Origin: Candidatus Poribacteria bacterium
GTDB lineage: Bacteria > Poribacteria > WGA-4E > WGA-3G
NCBI GenBank assembly: GCA_963665235.2
Contig: CAXXLX010000001.1
Coordinates: 1,088,001 to 1,152,000, forward strand
DNA length: 64,000 nucleotides
Direction: 5' to 3'
The position numbers and the translations under genes were made by a program. A model generated the notes under the pieces. It ran no database searches and was not told the origin of the DNA. It saw nothing but the letters and a program-made list of their open reading frames with translations. Positions 28,384 through 39,276 of the stretch are shown here, piece by piece. Each line of letters starts with the position of its first letter. Within the stretch, counting starts at the first letter, position 1.

Positions 28384-29741
28384 ACAATTTCGTCCTGAAT
28401 CCTGTTCATCTCATCAATTGTGCTGTCGAAGCTGGGGACCCCAATACCGAACTCAGGATGGACATCAGCCGGGACGAGGGTGTCCCCTCTTTGCCGCCGC
28501 TTCTGCCCCTCTTCCAACGGTAACAACGCCTTTTCCGCTACGTATACTTTAACCTGTTCTGCCGTAATTAACTCGTCTTTTTGATAGCCGTTTTCTTCAG
28601 CGATTCTCTTCAGGTGCGGTTTGTCATGGTTGAGCATGATAAGGGTGTTCAGCTCCTTGACGATGTAATCGCTATGGGTGGTGATGAAGACCTTAACGCC
28701 TAAATTAACAAGCCGCGCGAAAAGCCTGGCAATACGCCGTTGATTTTCCGGATGCAGGCTTGATTCCGGACCGTCTACCATAAGCAAATCCCCTTCTTCA
28801 GCGATGTGATGAAGGTAGAAGCTCAGGTCTAGGAGTGAGCAGACAGTACTCGAACTCTGGGGAATTGTCAACTTCAACCGTGTGTCTTTGGGAATAAAGT
28901 AGAGCTGGTCCTGCTGTGTTATGACATAATCCCCGCCGACGATGTCCGCAAAGTCTTCCAAAACTTCAGGATGTTCTTTGGCGATAAAACTCCTCCTTTT
29001 CGTGATATCTTCAAGCTGTTGTGCAAACGCCACGTTGCTTTCTACCGGGGCGGGATAACTTTGATATGACTTGAACAGCAATTCGCGTAGCTCAAGATGT
29101 TTTTCGGCTTGCCACATCTCCTCAAGCAGTCGGTTCCGCGCAAAATTGAGCTCTTTCCGAAAAATCGCTATCCCTGTACGCTCCGCTGAAGATATGAACG
29201 GAGCGGGCAGCGAATCAGAAAAAATCGCATTTGTGACAACAAAATTGATAATCTTTCGGACAGTGAAATCATCAATCTCCTTTTCTATTTCCAAGGTAAG
29301 TGTGAGGTCTTCGGCACCTTTCCGCTTTGAAATTATAAAAGATGCTCCCTGAGGGCTCTCAACTCTGCCGTTAAACTCTTTTTGGCGTAAGTCAATTTCG
29401 TCTGTAAAGAGGTGAAACTCACTATTCTGAAATGTGCCTTCGGATGCAGCAAAAAATTCGTCCAATCGGTTAGTATACGCCTCACAAGCTTTTGAGAGGA
29501 TCTGATTCGTTGTTTGTGTCAACCTAATCTTGATAACTTTCTCTGAGAACAAGTTTCGAATTTGCGAGTTGTCAATGGGAATATCGATGAGACTCCGCAG
29601 AGAACGTAAGAAACCGTAAAGCGCGTAAGTTGCATAAGTCTTGCCGGTGTTGTTTTTCCCGCAGATGATAGTCAAATCTCCGAGCGAGAATTCCGCCTGT
29701 TTTAAGACCCCGACGTTTTTTAATCGGACTGTAAGGCTCAT
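28368..29741 (-). CDS. ABC/AAA_15-21-type ATPase
   Basis: Walker A GKNNTGKT; atypical Walker B LLMVDGPE; SLHP; TTHS. Confidence 0.85.
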   Translation of the reverse strand: MSLTVRLKNVGVLKQAEFSLGDLTIICGKNNTGKTYATYALYGFLRSLRSLIDIPIDNSQIRNLFSEKVIKIRLTQTTNQILSKACEAYTNRLDEFFAASEGTFQNSEFHLFTDEIDLRQKEFNGRVESPQGASFIISKRKGAEDLTLTLEIEKEIDDFTVRKIINFVVTNAIFSDSLPAPFISSAERTGIAIFRKELNFARNRLLEEMWQAEKHLELRELLFKSYQSYPAPVESNVAFAQQLEDITKRRSFIAKEHPEVLEDFADIVGGDYVITQQDQLYFIPKDTRLKLTIPQSSSTVCSLLDLSFYLHHIAEEGDLLMVDGPESSLHPENQRRIARLFARLVNLGVKVFITTHSDYIVKELNTLIMLNHDKPHLKRIAEENGYQKDELITAEQVKVYVAEKALLPLEEGQKRRQRGDTLVPADVHPEFGIGVPSFDSTIDEMNRIQDEIVWEEE

Positions 29742-29777
29742 ATTAATCCCTCCATAATTGTGCCTATATCATTTCAG

Positions 29778-31856
29778 TTATGATAGCATTCCTACAAACG
29801 TCTCAATATCCGTTGTGGGGGTTTGGCAGGCGTAATTTTCACAGACATAAACCGTTGACGTGTTATCAATCTGTGGCTTATTTGCAAGAAGGGGTAACGT
29901 TGCGTCATCAGCGGGTTCACGCAAGGCGACGATTTTGTGAGGCAAATAGATGCCGTGCAACGCGGACAACATCGCATCCGTTTCGGTATCGCCTCTCTTA
30001 CCGATGATGGCAATTTCCTTGGGGGTAGAAAGCAGGAACGCCAATTCACAAAGCAATTGTCCTGACCCTGAAGGCATCCGTTCCATCTGATGGAAGTAGA
30101 GCTTCAAGGTCTCAACGGCTTTGTCGTGGAATTCCGGTGCGTCGAGGTGTTTGGCAAGGCGCAACAGACTGTGAATCGCCATGGATGCCCCAGCAGGCGT
30201 GGCACCGTCGTAAGCGGATTTGGATTGAACGATAAGCACTTCGTGTGCTTTGCCTGTGAAGAAAAATCCATCACCCGCTTCATCGCTGAATTGGTCAATC
30301 ATTAGATGCGCAAGCCGTTCCGCTTCCGTGAGCCATCGAGGTTCAAAACTGGCTTCGTAAAGCGCGATTAAGCCAGCGATGAAATAGGCGTAATCTTCAA
30401 GATAGGCATTGAGGTGGCTTTTGCCCGCACGATAGGTTCGCCAGAGGAGCCCATTTTCCTGTGAGAGTGTCGTCAAAACGAATTCGGCAGATTTTTCGCA
30501 TGCAGCGAGGTATTCAGGTTTCCCAGTTAATTGGTACCCCATCGCCATGCCGCGGAGCATAAGTCCGTTCCAGCTGGTCAAAATTTTGTCATCCAGCCCC
30601 GGCTTAATTCGTTTCTCTCTCGCGTCAAATAGTTTTCGTCTACCCTCTGATAGGAGCGTCTCCAATTCCTCGAGCTCCATTTGCAGTTTTCGGGCAAAGA
30701 TGTCTGGCGGTGTTTGAACGTGGAGGATGTTCTCTCCCTCAAAGTTGCCGTGTGGTGTGATGTCATAAAATTCACAGAAGACCTCAGCGTTTTCTTCCCC
30801 GATGATGTCTTCGACTTCAGGGGGCTCCCAGACAAAAAATTTGCCTTCTACGCCTTCACTATCGGCATCCTGTGTAGAATAGAAGCCGCCATTTTCTGCG
30901 TCGTACATCTCGCGTAGGACGTAGTCGAGCGTTTCGGTGGCGATATTGCAATAGAACGGATTTTGCGTGGCTTGATATGCTTCAAAATAGGCGACAACGA
31001 GTTGCGCGTTATCGTAAAGCATCTTCTCAAAATGTGGTACGAGCCAACGTTCGTCGGTAGAATATCGGTGGAATCCGCCGCCGAGTTGGTCATACATACC
31101 GCCGCACGCCATCTTTTGCAAAGTGAATTCAACCATCTCAAGCGCGTTCGCATTCCCGCTGTGATGCCAATACCGCAGTAGGAAAGGCAACCCCATACTG
31201 GGCGGAAATTTGGGGGCATTGCCGAACCCGCCGTAGTGCGAATCGAATTGGGTGCGGTAGTGTTGGAATGCATTGGTCATGAGTTCTTCCGTGAGTTCAT
31301 GCTCATGCGGGTCAACGATGTTGCTTATCTGATTGAGCTGCGTCGTAATCTGGTCTGCCTGTTGTAGCACTTGCGCGTTCTGCTCGTTGAACGCCTCTGC
31401 TACGGCTTGCATCACCTTCGGGAAACCGGGTCTACCGTATCGGTCAGTAGGGGGGTAATAGGTGCCACCGTAGAAGGGTTTGAGGTCCGGTGTGAGGAAG
31501 ACAGTCATCGGCCAGCCGCCGTGGCGGGTCATGACTTGGACAGCGTTCATATAGATTTCATCTAAATCGGGCCGTTCCTCTCTATCCACCTTGATATTAA
31601 CGAACAGTTCGTTCATGATAGCGGCGATGCCCTCATTTTCGAAGGATTCACGTTCCATGACGTGGCACCAGTGGCATGCGGAGTAACCGATGCTCAGCAG
31701 GATAGGTTTCTGTTCGCGTTTTGCACGTTCTAACGCTTCCTCACCCCACGGATACCAGTCAACGGGGTTGTGGGCGTGCTGGAGTAGATACGGACTTGTT
31801 TCATGGATAAGGCGGTTGGTGTGTTTGGGTGTGTTTTGCATGTGTGTTTTCTCCAA
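29778..31856 (-). CDS. Thioredoxin-domain protein (YyaL/SSP411, DUF255)
   Basis: [32 protein letters not shown]. Confidence 0.92.
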   Translation of the reverse strand: MEKTHMQNTPKHTNRLIHETSPYLLQHAHNPVDWYPWGEEALERAKREQKPILLSIGYSACHWCHVMERESFENEGIAAIMNELFVNIKVDREERPDLDEIYMNAVQVMTRHGGWPMTVFLTPDLKPFYGGTYYPPTDRYGRPGFPKVMQAVAEAFNEQNAQVLQQADQITTQLNQISNIVDPHEHELTEELMTNAFQHYRTQFDSHYGGFGNAPKFPPSMGLPFLLRYWHHSGNANALEMVEFTLQKMACGGMYDQLGGGFHRYSTDERWLVPHFEKMLYDNAQLVVAYFEAYQATQNPFYCNIATETLDYVLREMYDAENGGFYSTQDADSEGVEGKFFVWEPPEVEDIIGEENAEVFCEFYDITPHGNFEGENILHVQTPPDIFARKLQMELEELETLLSEGRRKLFDAREKRIKPGLDDKILTSWNGLMLRGMAMGYQLTGKPEYLAACEKSAEFVLTTLSQENGLLWRTYRAGKSHLNAYLEDYAYFIAGLIALYEASFEPRWLTEAERLAHLMIDQFSDEAGDGFFFTGKAHEVLIVQSKSAYDGATPAGASMAIHSLLRLAKHLDAPEFHDKAVETLKLYFHQMERMPSGSGQLLCELAFLLSTPKEIAIIGKRGDTETDAMLSALHGIYLPHKIVALREPADDATLPLLANKPQIDNTSTVYVCENYACQTPTTDIETFVGMLS

Positions 31857-31943
31857 TATGTGGGTTTCTAATTTAGAAGGCGTTCACGTGCTTGAGACAA
31901 CGGGCGGAGAGTGTGCATTCCCGCCCGAAGATTGATGAGAAAA

Positions 31944-32015
31944 TACCGCTACGGGGATTCGAACCCCGGTTTGATGGCTGAGAACCACCCGTCCTAACCC
32001 CTAGACGATAGCGGC
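31944..32015 (-). tRNA. tRNA-Glu (CTC)
   Basis: GCCGCTA acceptor stem, TT-CTC-AG loop, GGTTCGAATCC T arm; CCA not encoded. Confidence 0.93.
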
Positions 32016-32028
32016 ACATAATAACGGA

Positions 32029-32099
32029 CTGCCCGGGAAGGACTCGAACCTTCACTACATGGTCCAGAGCCATGCGTCCTGCCATTAGACGACCGGGCA
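32029..32099 (-). tRNA. tRNA-Gln (CTG)
   Basis: TGCCCGG acceptor stem, CT-CTG-GA loop, GGTTCGAGTCC T arm. Confidence 0.93.
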
Positions 32100-32117
32100 T
32101 TAATTCATGTATTATCA

Positions 32118-32146
32118 AGTATACCGGAATGACTATCGTTTGTCAA
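32118..32146 (-). promoter_or_regulatory. tRNA promoter TTGACA-N17-TATACT
   Basis: Directly upstream of tRNA-Gln. Confidence 0.65.
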
Positions 32147-32168
32147 TCTTTTTTCTCTCAATTAAGGT

Positions 32169-32369
32169 TCAACCTACCCCTTTGAAGAGATTTTTGAACC
32201 AATTGAGGATGTCACCTTGTTGTACAATACCGACGATGACGAGAATCACAAAGATAATTGCGCTCCAGACTAGGAGCCGCATAGCACGTTTGACGATACC
32301 AATTATTAGGAGCACGGCAAATATGGCAGCAAATACAAAAAGCGGGTGAGTCTTGATGAATTCAAGCAT
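32169..32369 (-). CDS. Small membrane protein
   Basis: Two hydrophobic segments; follows nuoN. Confidence 0.6.
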   Translation of the reverse strand: MLEFIKTHPLFVFAAIFAVLLIIGIVKRAMRLLVWSAIIFVILVIVGIVQQGDILNWFKNLFKGVG

Positions 32370-32413
32370 AATTTCGCCTACGTCTTAGCGGACAATCTGC
32401 CGAAGCCCGGCTG

Positions 32414-33889
32414 TTATTGCAAGGTAATATTCTTAGAGAACGTATAGAAGATATTGAGAAGGCCGATGAGAATTGTTGGCACAACAAAGACACTCAACAA
32501 CGCAAAGGTGCCTTTAGAAAAAGAGAACGTATCGGTTTCTTCAGCGTCTTCAAGGTACATCGCTTTGACAATCCGGGCGTAGTAGTAGAGAGACACAACA
32601 CTGTTCAACAATCCAACAATTGCCAGCCAGTACATGCCTTTATCAAGGACAGCGGTAAATAGTAGCCATTTTCCAAAGAAACCGGCAAACGGTGGTATGC
32701 CTGTTAGTGAGAAGAGGAAAATCGCCATTGCCCCAGCGACTAAGGGGGCGCGTGAGGCTAATCCTTGGTAGCCTTCAATCATCTCACTGCCAGCCTCGTT
32801 GGCAATCAGCACGACGACGTAAAACGCTCCCAAGTTCATAAAGAGGTAGACGACCAGGTAGAAGAGGATAGCTCCGATTCCTTCAGCGGTAAGCAGGACT
32901 GCCCCCATCAATAGATAACCACCGTGCGCGATGCTGGAATACGCCAGCAACCGTTTGACATTCCGTTGCGGCAGCGCGGCAAGGTTGCCCAACGTCATCG
33001 TTAGCGCGGAGATTATTGCTAACAGAAATGGCCAATCAATAGATGTTATCAGCTCTGAACTGTCAAACCCTTCGTAGAAAAACCTGATGAACAGTGCGAA
33101 CCCTGCGGATTTTGAGGCAACAGAGAGAAAGGCTGTTATCGGAATAGGCGCGCCTTCATAAACGTCGGGGGACCACATGTGGAACGGTACAGAGGCTATC
33201 TTATACCCTATACCTGCAAGGATAAAGATGATTGAAATTAGGACAGGTAGCGAAGTCACCTCGCCTGCAGCGAGCAGCTCCGGGAGTCGGGTACTAATTT
33301 GCCCGAGGTCGCCTGTTCCTGCCATACCGAACAGTAGCGATAGCCCGAATAGCATTGTACCTGAAGCCACTGCCCCATAAGTGATATACTTGAACGCCGC
33401 CTCGCTTGAACGCGGACTATACGTTAAAAACCCTGCGAGAATATAGGATGTCAGACTCACTGTCTCCAACGAAATGAATATCATCAACAGGTTTGTTGAG
33501 GATGCCATGAGGAACATGCCGAACGTGACGGCTAACAATAAGGCGTAGTATTCGCCTTTCAACCGGGCATCCAGTTCTTCGGAACGTAGGGAGAACAGAA
33601 TCGTTGCGGCGGTCGCCAGAATTAGCAGAACTTTGAAAAATGCGGCAAATTTATCAAGGCGAATCATGCCGTGAAACAGAGAAAGCGAGTCGTTCTCACC
33701 GAGGGATGTGTGTGTGATAAGGACAGCGACTAAGGTGCACCCAAGCCCGACAAGCGAGAGATACCCAACCTTTTCACTTTCCCGATTTTTAACAATCAAA
33801 TCGAGGATAATGACTGCCGCTGCGAACACGACAAGGAGTATCTCCGGTGTGAAATAGGGAAGGCTTTCTATATTCTTTAAGTAATCCAC
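32414..33889 (-). CDS. nuoN: NADH-quinone oxidoreductase subunit N
   Basis: SEAAFKY, PFHMWSPDVYEGAP, KRLLAYSSIAH. Confidence 0.95.
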   Translation of the reverse strand: MDYLKNIESLPYFTPEILLVVFAAAVIILDLIVKNRESEKVGYLSLVGLGCTLVAVLITHTSLGENDSLSLFHGMIRLDKFAAFFKVLLILATAATILFSLRSEELDARLKGEYYALLLAVTFGMFLMASSTNLLMIFISLETVSLTSYILAGFLTYSPRSSEAAFKYITYGAVASGTMLFGLSLLFGMAGTGDLGQISTRLPELLAAGEVTSLPVLISIIFILAGIGYKIASVPFHMWSPDVYEGAPIPITAFLSVASKSAGFALFIRFFYEGFDSSELITSIDWPFLLAIISALTMTLGNLAALPQRNVKRLLAYSSIAHGGYLLMGAVLLTAEGIGAILFYLVVYLFMNLGAFYVVVLIANEAGSEMIEGYQGLASRAPLVAGAMAIFLFSLTGIPPFAGFFGKWLLFTAVLDKGMYWLAIVGLLNSVVSLYYYARIVKAMYLEDAEETDTFSFSKGTFALLSVFVVPTILIGLLNIFYTFSKNITLQ

Positions 33890-33898
33890 ACCGTCCTC

Positions 33899-35425
33899 CT
33901 ATAGACCCGCTTGGAGGGTGCCCACAATTTTTGTGAGTTCCATAACGGATTCCCTGAACATATCGATGGCGAAATGGGGCCAGATGCCGAGGACAATGGT
34001 GAGAATGCCGAGCGGTACAAGTGTTAGGATTTCCCTGCCATTAATTTCGGGAAGTGCTTCATACTTCGGATTGAGTGTGCCTAAGAAAACCCGTTGGAGT
34101 GTCCAGAGGAAGTATGCTGCGCCAACAACAATTCCAATCGTAGACAAAATAGCCAACGTCTCGAATTTCTCGTAAGCTCCGAGCAGGGAGAGTGCTTCAC
34201 CCACAAATCCGCTTAAGCCGGGCAATCCCAAAGATGCCATAAACGCAAGCGTTGTGATGCCTGTATAGATGGGCATTTTGCTTCCTAAACCGCCGAACCC
34301 GTTAATTTCACGATGGTGCGCGCGGTCGTAAAGCACACCGACAAGTAGGAAGAGCATCGCACTGATAACGCCGTGATTGAACATCTGGAGAATCGCTCCT
34401 GTAACCCCCGCACTGTTTCGCGCAGCGAGCCCCAAGATGACAAACCCCATGTGCCCAATACTGGAATACGCGACCAATTTCTTAAAGTCGGTCTGCGCTA
34501 ATGCACAGAAGGAGCCGTAGACGATATTAATAAAACCGAGTAAGGCAAGACTATTGCCTACGAAACCAACCCCGTTAGTGAAATAGTCTAAACCTTGCGG
34601 GAACATCGCCATGTTAATCCGCACTAAGCCGTAAGTGCCCATCTTTAAAAGGATACCGGCAAGGATAACGCTAATCGCTGTCGGTGCTTCAACGTGTGCA
34701 TCCGGGAGCCAGGTATGGAAGGGGAAAATTGGCACTTTAACAGCAAATCCAACGAAGAAACCGAGGAACACCCAAATCTGGAAACTTAGATTATTGAGGG
34801 CATGGCCTTCTGTAGAAGCCAACGTGATAAGCGTTGGGATATCAAACGTCCGGGCACCTGGGGCACCACTATTTAGATACACCGCTATCATTGCAACTAA
34901 CATCAGTACACTGCCGAAAAGTGTATAGAGGAAGAATTTAATGGCAGCGTATTCTCGACGCGGTCCACCCCACACACCGATGAGGAAATACATCGGCAAC
35001 AGTGTCAATTCAAAGAAGACGTAGAAGAGAAATAGGTCTAACGCAGCGAAAAAGCCAAGCATGCCTGTTTCCAATAACAGGAACAGTGCCATATACGCCT
35101 TAATGCCCTTCTCGATATTGCGCCATGACGCAAGCACACAAATTGGGCCCAAGAGGGCAGTGAGTAGCAGGAGCGTTACGCTTAAACCGTCAATGCCGAC
35201 GTGATATTGGATATTGAACGCCTCAATCCAAGCGATGGGCCCCTCGACTTCTTGCTTTCCAGCAAGCGTCCGGTCGTAAGTTATAAATAAGTACACTGCG
35301 ATGATGAGCGGAACAAGCGTAAAGGCGAGTGCAACCCGCTTAATCAATTCCTCCGACTCTCGCGGTAGAAGTAAAACAACTATCATCCCAAGTAATGGGA
35401 CAAAAATCATGAGTGACAATACCAT
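33899..35425 (-). CDS. nuoM: NADH-quinone oxidoreductase subunit M
   Basis: FPFHTWLPDAHVEAPT, KKLVAYSS. Confidence 0.95.
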   Translation of the reverse strand: MVLSLMIFVPLLGMIVVLLLPRESEELIKRVALAFTLVPLIIAVYLFITYDRTLAGKQEVEGPIAWIEAFNIQYHVGIDGLSVTLLLLTALLGPICVLASWRNIEKGIKAYMALFLLLETGMLGFFAALDLFLFYVFFELTLLPMYFLIGVWGGPRREYAAIKFFLYTLFGSVLMLVAMIAVYLNSGAPGARTFDIPTLITLASTEGHALNNLSFQIWVFLGFFVGFAVKVPIFPFHTWLPDAHVEAPTAISVILAGILLKMGTYGLVRINMAMFPQGLDYFTNGVGFVGNSLALLGFINIVYGSFCALAQTDFKKLVAYSSIGHMGFVILGLAARNSAGVTGAILQMFNHGVISAMLFLLVGVLYDRAHHREINGFGGLGSKMPIYTGITTLAFMASLGLPGLSGFVGEALSLLGAYEKFETLAILSTIGIVVGAAYFLWTLQRVFLGTLNPKYEALPEINGREILTLVPLGILTIVLGIWPHFAIDMFRESVMELTKIVGTLQAGL

Positions 35426-35441
35426 ATTATCAATCCAATCC

Positions 35442-37649
35442 TTACAAAATTCGGAAAATCAATATTATCAACACTATTCCGCCAAGGACAATAAACAGAT
35501 AGGTCTGAATTGCCCCTGTCTGAATTCGACGGATTCTGCCACCGGCTCTCCACGTAACGTGGGCAACCCGATTGACAATCCCATCAACCACGCGGTTATC
35601 AAAAAAGCCGATGAAGGCGGCAAAGATATTTCGCGTCACAAATCCGACACCGTTGACAATCCCATCAACGATGCTCCCATCAAACCGGGCGAAAAGCCGC
35701 GACTTCCACACCGTTAGCGCGACTAGCACCCCGTCGTAAAATTCATCAAAATAGTACTTGCGCCAAAACAGATTGTATAGCGGTCGGAAAGTCGTAGCGA
35801 CAGATTCCGGGGAAAGCCTACGCGCATAGTAAAACAACCACGAAAGTAGGATGCCTAACCCCGCAACACAGATAGACAACACCATAGCGATGGTATGCGC
35901 CGGTCCGTGTCCATGATGTGCATCCGCTCCCAGTTCAGTACCGTTCGCGCCCTCCTCTTCAGCGGCTACTGCTTCAGAAACCCCGAAGAACGTTATGTTG
36001 AACTTTGCATCGCCTATTTCGGTATCAGGTAAGACCTGTGCATGTTGCACACTATGCATAAAGGGTTGTTCTGGCGGTTTTACATAGTCCTTGTTGAACC
36101 AGATAGTATTCACGACAGGAAAACTCAGCAGGGCTAGCACGACAAGCGGAACCGTCATGACCAGCGGGGATTCGTGTGCCATGTTGTGCATCTCCTGATT
36201 GCGCGGCTCACCGAAAAAGGTCATGAAGATGAGACGGAACATATAGAACGCGGTAATCCCTGCTGCAAGAAGTGCTATACCGAACAGAATATAGTGATGT
36301 GCAGAATTCCATTCCATCGCCCGTTCAAGTACGCCCGCTAAAACCTTATCCTTACTCCAGAAACCGGAGAAAATGAACGGGACACCAGAGATAGACAACG
36401 TTGCGATGAGCATCGTGACGAAGGTAATAGGCATCTTGCGGCGGAGCCCCCCCATGTTTCGCATATCCTGGTCGGGTGGGATGTCGGAACCGTGGGCATG
36501 TGCTAAACTGTGGTCATCGTGTTCATGTTCATCATCGTCATCATGAGAATGGGCATGCATCGCATGGAAGGCGTGAATAACACTGCCAGAGCCGAGGAAC
36601 AGCAACGCTTTGAAAAAGGCGTGCGTCGTGAGATGGAAAAGTCCTGCGACATAACTGCCAGCCCCTATTGCTAACATCATATACCCCAATTGGCTAATCG
36701 TAGAGTATGCCAAAACGCGCTTAATGTCAAATCGAACGATAGCGATAGTCGCGGCGACCAGGGCAGTAATGCCGCCAACATAAGCGATTACCAACGACGA
36801 GGTCGGTGTCAAAATCGGGAACATCCGCGCAGTGAGATAGACCCCTGCGGCGACCATCGTCGCGGCGTGAATTAAAGCACTGACAGGTGTCGGGCCCTCC
36901 ATGGCATCGGGCAGCCATGTGTGTAACGGCACCTGTGCAGATTTACCGACGGCACCACAAAAGATAAGAATACCCGCAATTGAAAGCCACACCAGCCCGG
37001 TAGTATCCGCCGTAAAACTTTCAGGGTTGGTAATCAGCGTAAAAATGCCGTTGTCTCCGTAGAGGGAAAGCGTTTTAAATTTGGCAAACAGCATCATCAT
37101 GCCGATAAACATGCCGACATCTCCGACGCGTGTCGTGAGGAAGGCTTTCTTACATGCATTCGCAGCGGAGTCCTTTTCAAACCAGAAACCGATAAGCAGG
37201 TAAGAGCAGAGACCGACAAGCTCCCAACCGATGTAGATGCCGAGCAGGTTGTCCGATACAACTAAAAATAGCATCGAAAAGGAGAAAAGCGAAAGGTAAG
37301 CGAAAAACCTGGGGTACCGCGGGTCGCCGTGCATGTAGCCTATCGAGAAAATATGGACGAGGGCACTAACCAGCGTGACGACAATCAGCATTATGACTGT
37401 GACGCTGTCTAGGTAAAACCCCATTGAAAAGGTAATATCACCGAGTGAAATCCAATCCACAGTGTGTGGTGCCGGTGTCGGAACGACTTCTCGTAAGAGC
37501 CAGAGGGAGCAGCCGAGGGCGATAAGCATTGCCGCGGTGGACAGATAGTCTTGCCTGGGGAAGCTCCGTTTCGCTAATCCCAATAGCGCGAAGACTGCAA
37601 AAGCCGCAAGCGGGCAAAGTAAGATGATACTAATTAATGGAACAACCAT
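35442..37649 (-). CDS. nuoL: NADH-quinone oxidoreductase subunit L
   Basis: GKSAQVPLHTWLPDAMEGPTPVSALIHAATMV. Confidence 0.95.
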   Translation of the reverse strand: MVVPLISIILLCPLAAFAVFALLGLAKRSFPRQDYLSTAAMLIALGCSLWLLREVVPTPAPHTVDWISLGDITFSMGFYLDSVTVIMLIVVTLVSALVHIFSIGYMHGDPRYPRFFAYLSLFSFSMLFLVVSDNLLGIYIGWELVGLCSYLLIGFWFEKDSAANACKKAFLTTRVGDVGMFIGMMMLFAKFKTLSLYGDNGIFTLITNPESFTADTTGLVWLSIAGILIFCGAVGKSAQVPLHTWLPDAMEGPTPVSALIHAATMVAAGVYLTARMFPILTPTSSLVIAYVGGITALVAATIAIVRFDIKRVLAYSTISQLGYMMLAIGAGSYVAGLFHLTTHAFFKALLFLGSGSVIHAFHAMHAHSHDDDDEHEHDDHSLAHAHGSDIPPDQDMRNMGGLRRKMPITFVTMLIATLSISGVPFIFSGFWSKDKVLAGVLERAMEWNSAHHYILFGIALLAAGITAFYMFRLIFMTFFGEPRNQEMHNMAHESPLVMTVPLVVLALLSFPVVNTIWFNKDYVKPPEQPFMHSVQHAQVLPDTEIGDAKFNITFFGVSEAVAAEEEGANGTELGADAHHGHGPAHTIAMVLSICVAGLGILLSWLFYYARRLSPESVATTFRPLYNLFWRKYYFDEFYDGVLVALTVWKSRLFARFDGSIVDGIVNGVGFVTRNIFAAFIGFFDNRVVDGIVNRVAHVTWRAGGRIRRIQTGAIQTYLFIVLGGIVLIILIFRIL

Positions 37650-37659
37650 ATTTTTATTT

Positions 37660-37968
37660 TTAACCTTTCAATGTATCTACTTCGTCCGGGCGTATGCTGC
37701 CAAATTCACGGTAGATAGCGAGGATAATTGCGAGAAAAACCGCTGCTTCCGCTGCAGCAAGCACAATACCGAAAATCGAGATTATCTGTCCCTCAATGTT
37801 TTCGGGCGGTGTAACGAACCGAGAAAACGCCGCAAAGTTCAGATTACACGAATTAAGAATGAGTTCAATACCCATCAAAATACTGATAGCGTTCCGGCGG
37901 GTTAGCACCGCGAAAATGCCAAGCGTGAACAAAATAGAACTGATTACCAAGTAGTGTTGTAATGTCAT
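37660..37968 (-). CDS. nuoK: NADH-quinone oxidoreductase subunit K
   Basis: RRNAI..IELILN, AAAEAAV. Confidence 0.95.
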   Translation of the reverse strand: MTLQHYLVISSILFTLGIFAVLTRRNAISILMGIELILNSCNLNFAAFSRFVTPPENIEGQIISIFGIVLAAAEAAVFLAIILAIYREFGSIRPDEVDTLKG

Positions 37969-38003
37969 CTTCTCTTTTTATCCTACAAGCGTGCTTCAGG
38001 GGT

Positions 38004-38522
38004 TTAGTCCCGGACCTCTTTCCGAGAAATTAGGGCTGCACCAATTAGCGCGACTAACAACAGCACGGAGACAACCTCAAACGGAAGTAGAAACTTATCA
38101 TTTAAAATCAGGGTACCGATGCGCTCCGTTGTCGGCTCAAGGGGGGTGCCATCATCCCCTAAGTTTTTCCACATCGGTGTATTGGCGATGACAGTCAAAA
38201 GCAGCATCAGCAATGCGATTGCAACCCCCGCCCCTAGCAGGAGTTGTCCCCGTTCAATGTGAATTCGCATCTCCAACCGGCCGCTGGTCATCATCACGCC
38301 GAAGAGGATGAGAACGAGGATGCCGCCGACATAGACGATGACCTGTGTGGCAGCGAGAAAATCTGCTTGTAGAAAGACGTAAAGTCCCGCCACACCGAAA
38401 AGTGTCACCATTAATGAAAATGCCGCATGGACAATGTTCCGCACTGTCACCACAACAAATGCCGAGGCAACTGTTAATAGGGCAAATCCGTAAAAAATAA
38501 ATGTTTTGAGTGTGAATTCCAT
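38004..38522 (-). CDS. nuoJ: NADH-quinone oxidoreductase subunit J
   Basis: QVIVYVGGILVL, LLPFEVVSVLLL. Confidence 0.93.
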   Translation of the reverse strand: MEFTLKTFIFYGFALLTVASAFVVVTVRNIVHAAFSLMVTLFGVAGLYVFLQADFLAATQVIVYVGGILVLILFGVMMTSGRLEMRIHIERGQLLLGAGVAIALLMLLLTVIANTPMWKNLGDDGTPLEPTTERIGTLILNDKFLLPFEVVSVLLLVALIGAALISRKEVRD

Positions 38523-38530
38523 CTATACAA

Positions 38531-39259
38531 CTAATCTGCAGCTTCTACTTCAGCCGCTTCCTCTTCTTCCTCTTTGTCGTACATCTCCTGCTTATCAAAA
38601 TGGTAGATTAAATCGGTGCGGTCAAACTTCGAGTACTCAATTCCCTCAAGCGTATCCTTCATCGTGAGGCATTCTGTCGGGCAAACCTCGGTACAAAGGC
38701 CACAATACATACAGAGGGACATATCAATATCGAACTGGTCAAGATAAAAGACGACCGGATTTCGCGTAACGACGCGCGAGACCTCATCTCCAGCCAAGGT
38801 CTCTGTCCGACTCTCATCTCCCGACGGTTCGAGCCGGTCTGCGACGACCTGGGGCCCTTGACGTGAGGTGATATTTGTGAGGGTTATTGCGTCTTCGGGG
38901 TTTATTTTTTTGCTGTCCCCCTCAATGATACCGATGACTTCACGTCCATCCTTGAGATGCACGACGTTCATGCTATCCCACAGTTGTTCACCTTTTGGCA
39001 GTTTGTCGCCTACAATCGTAATGCAATCCACCGGACAAATCAGCTCACACTTTTTGCATCCGATGCAATCCTCGATGCGATTGTAGAGTTGTCCGCGATA
39101 TCCTTTCGGAATTTCTCGAACGTTCCGTTTCTTTTCGTAATCGTGCTCGTAAGGGTATTGATGTGTCACGTTCGGTTCAAAAAACTGCCGAATCGTAATC
39201 CGCATCCCGACGAGAACGGTGTAAACACCTTTGTATATGTTCCGTATATATTTGTCCAT
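38531..39259 (-). CDS. nuoI: NADH-quinone oxidoreductase subunit I with large internal insertion
   Basis: THQYP, YRG, CIGCKKCELICP and CMYCGLCTEVCP; start set at MDKYIR. Confidence 0.9.
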   Translation of the reverse strand: MDKYIRNIYKGVYTVLVGMRITIRQFFEPNVTHQYPYEHDYEKKRNVREIPKGYRGQLYNRIEDCIGCKKCELICPVDCITIVGDKLPKGEQLWDSMNVVHLKDGREVIGIIEGDSKKINPEDAITLTNITSRQGPQVVADRLEPSGDESRTETLAGDEVSRVVTRNPVVFYLDQFDIDMSLCMYCGLCTEVCPTECLTMKDTLEGIEYSKFDRTDLIYHFDKQEMYDKEEEEEAAEVEAAD

Positions 39260-39276
39260 TAGGATAAAGACCTCCG

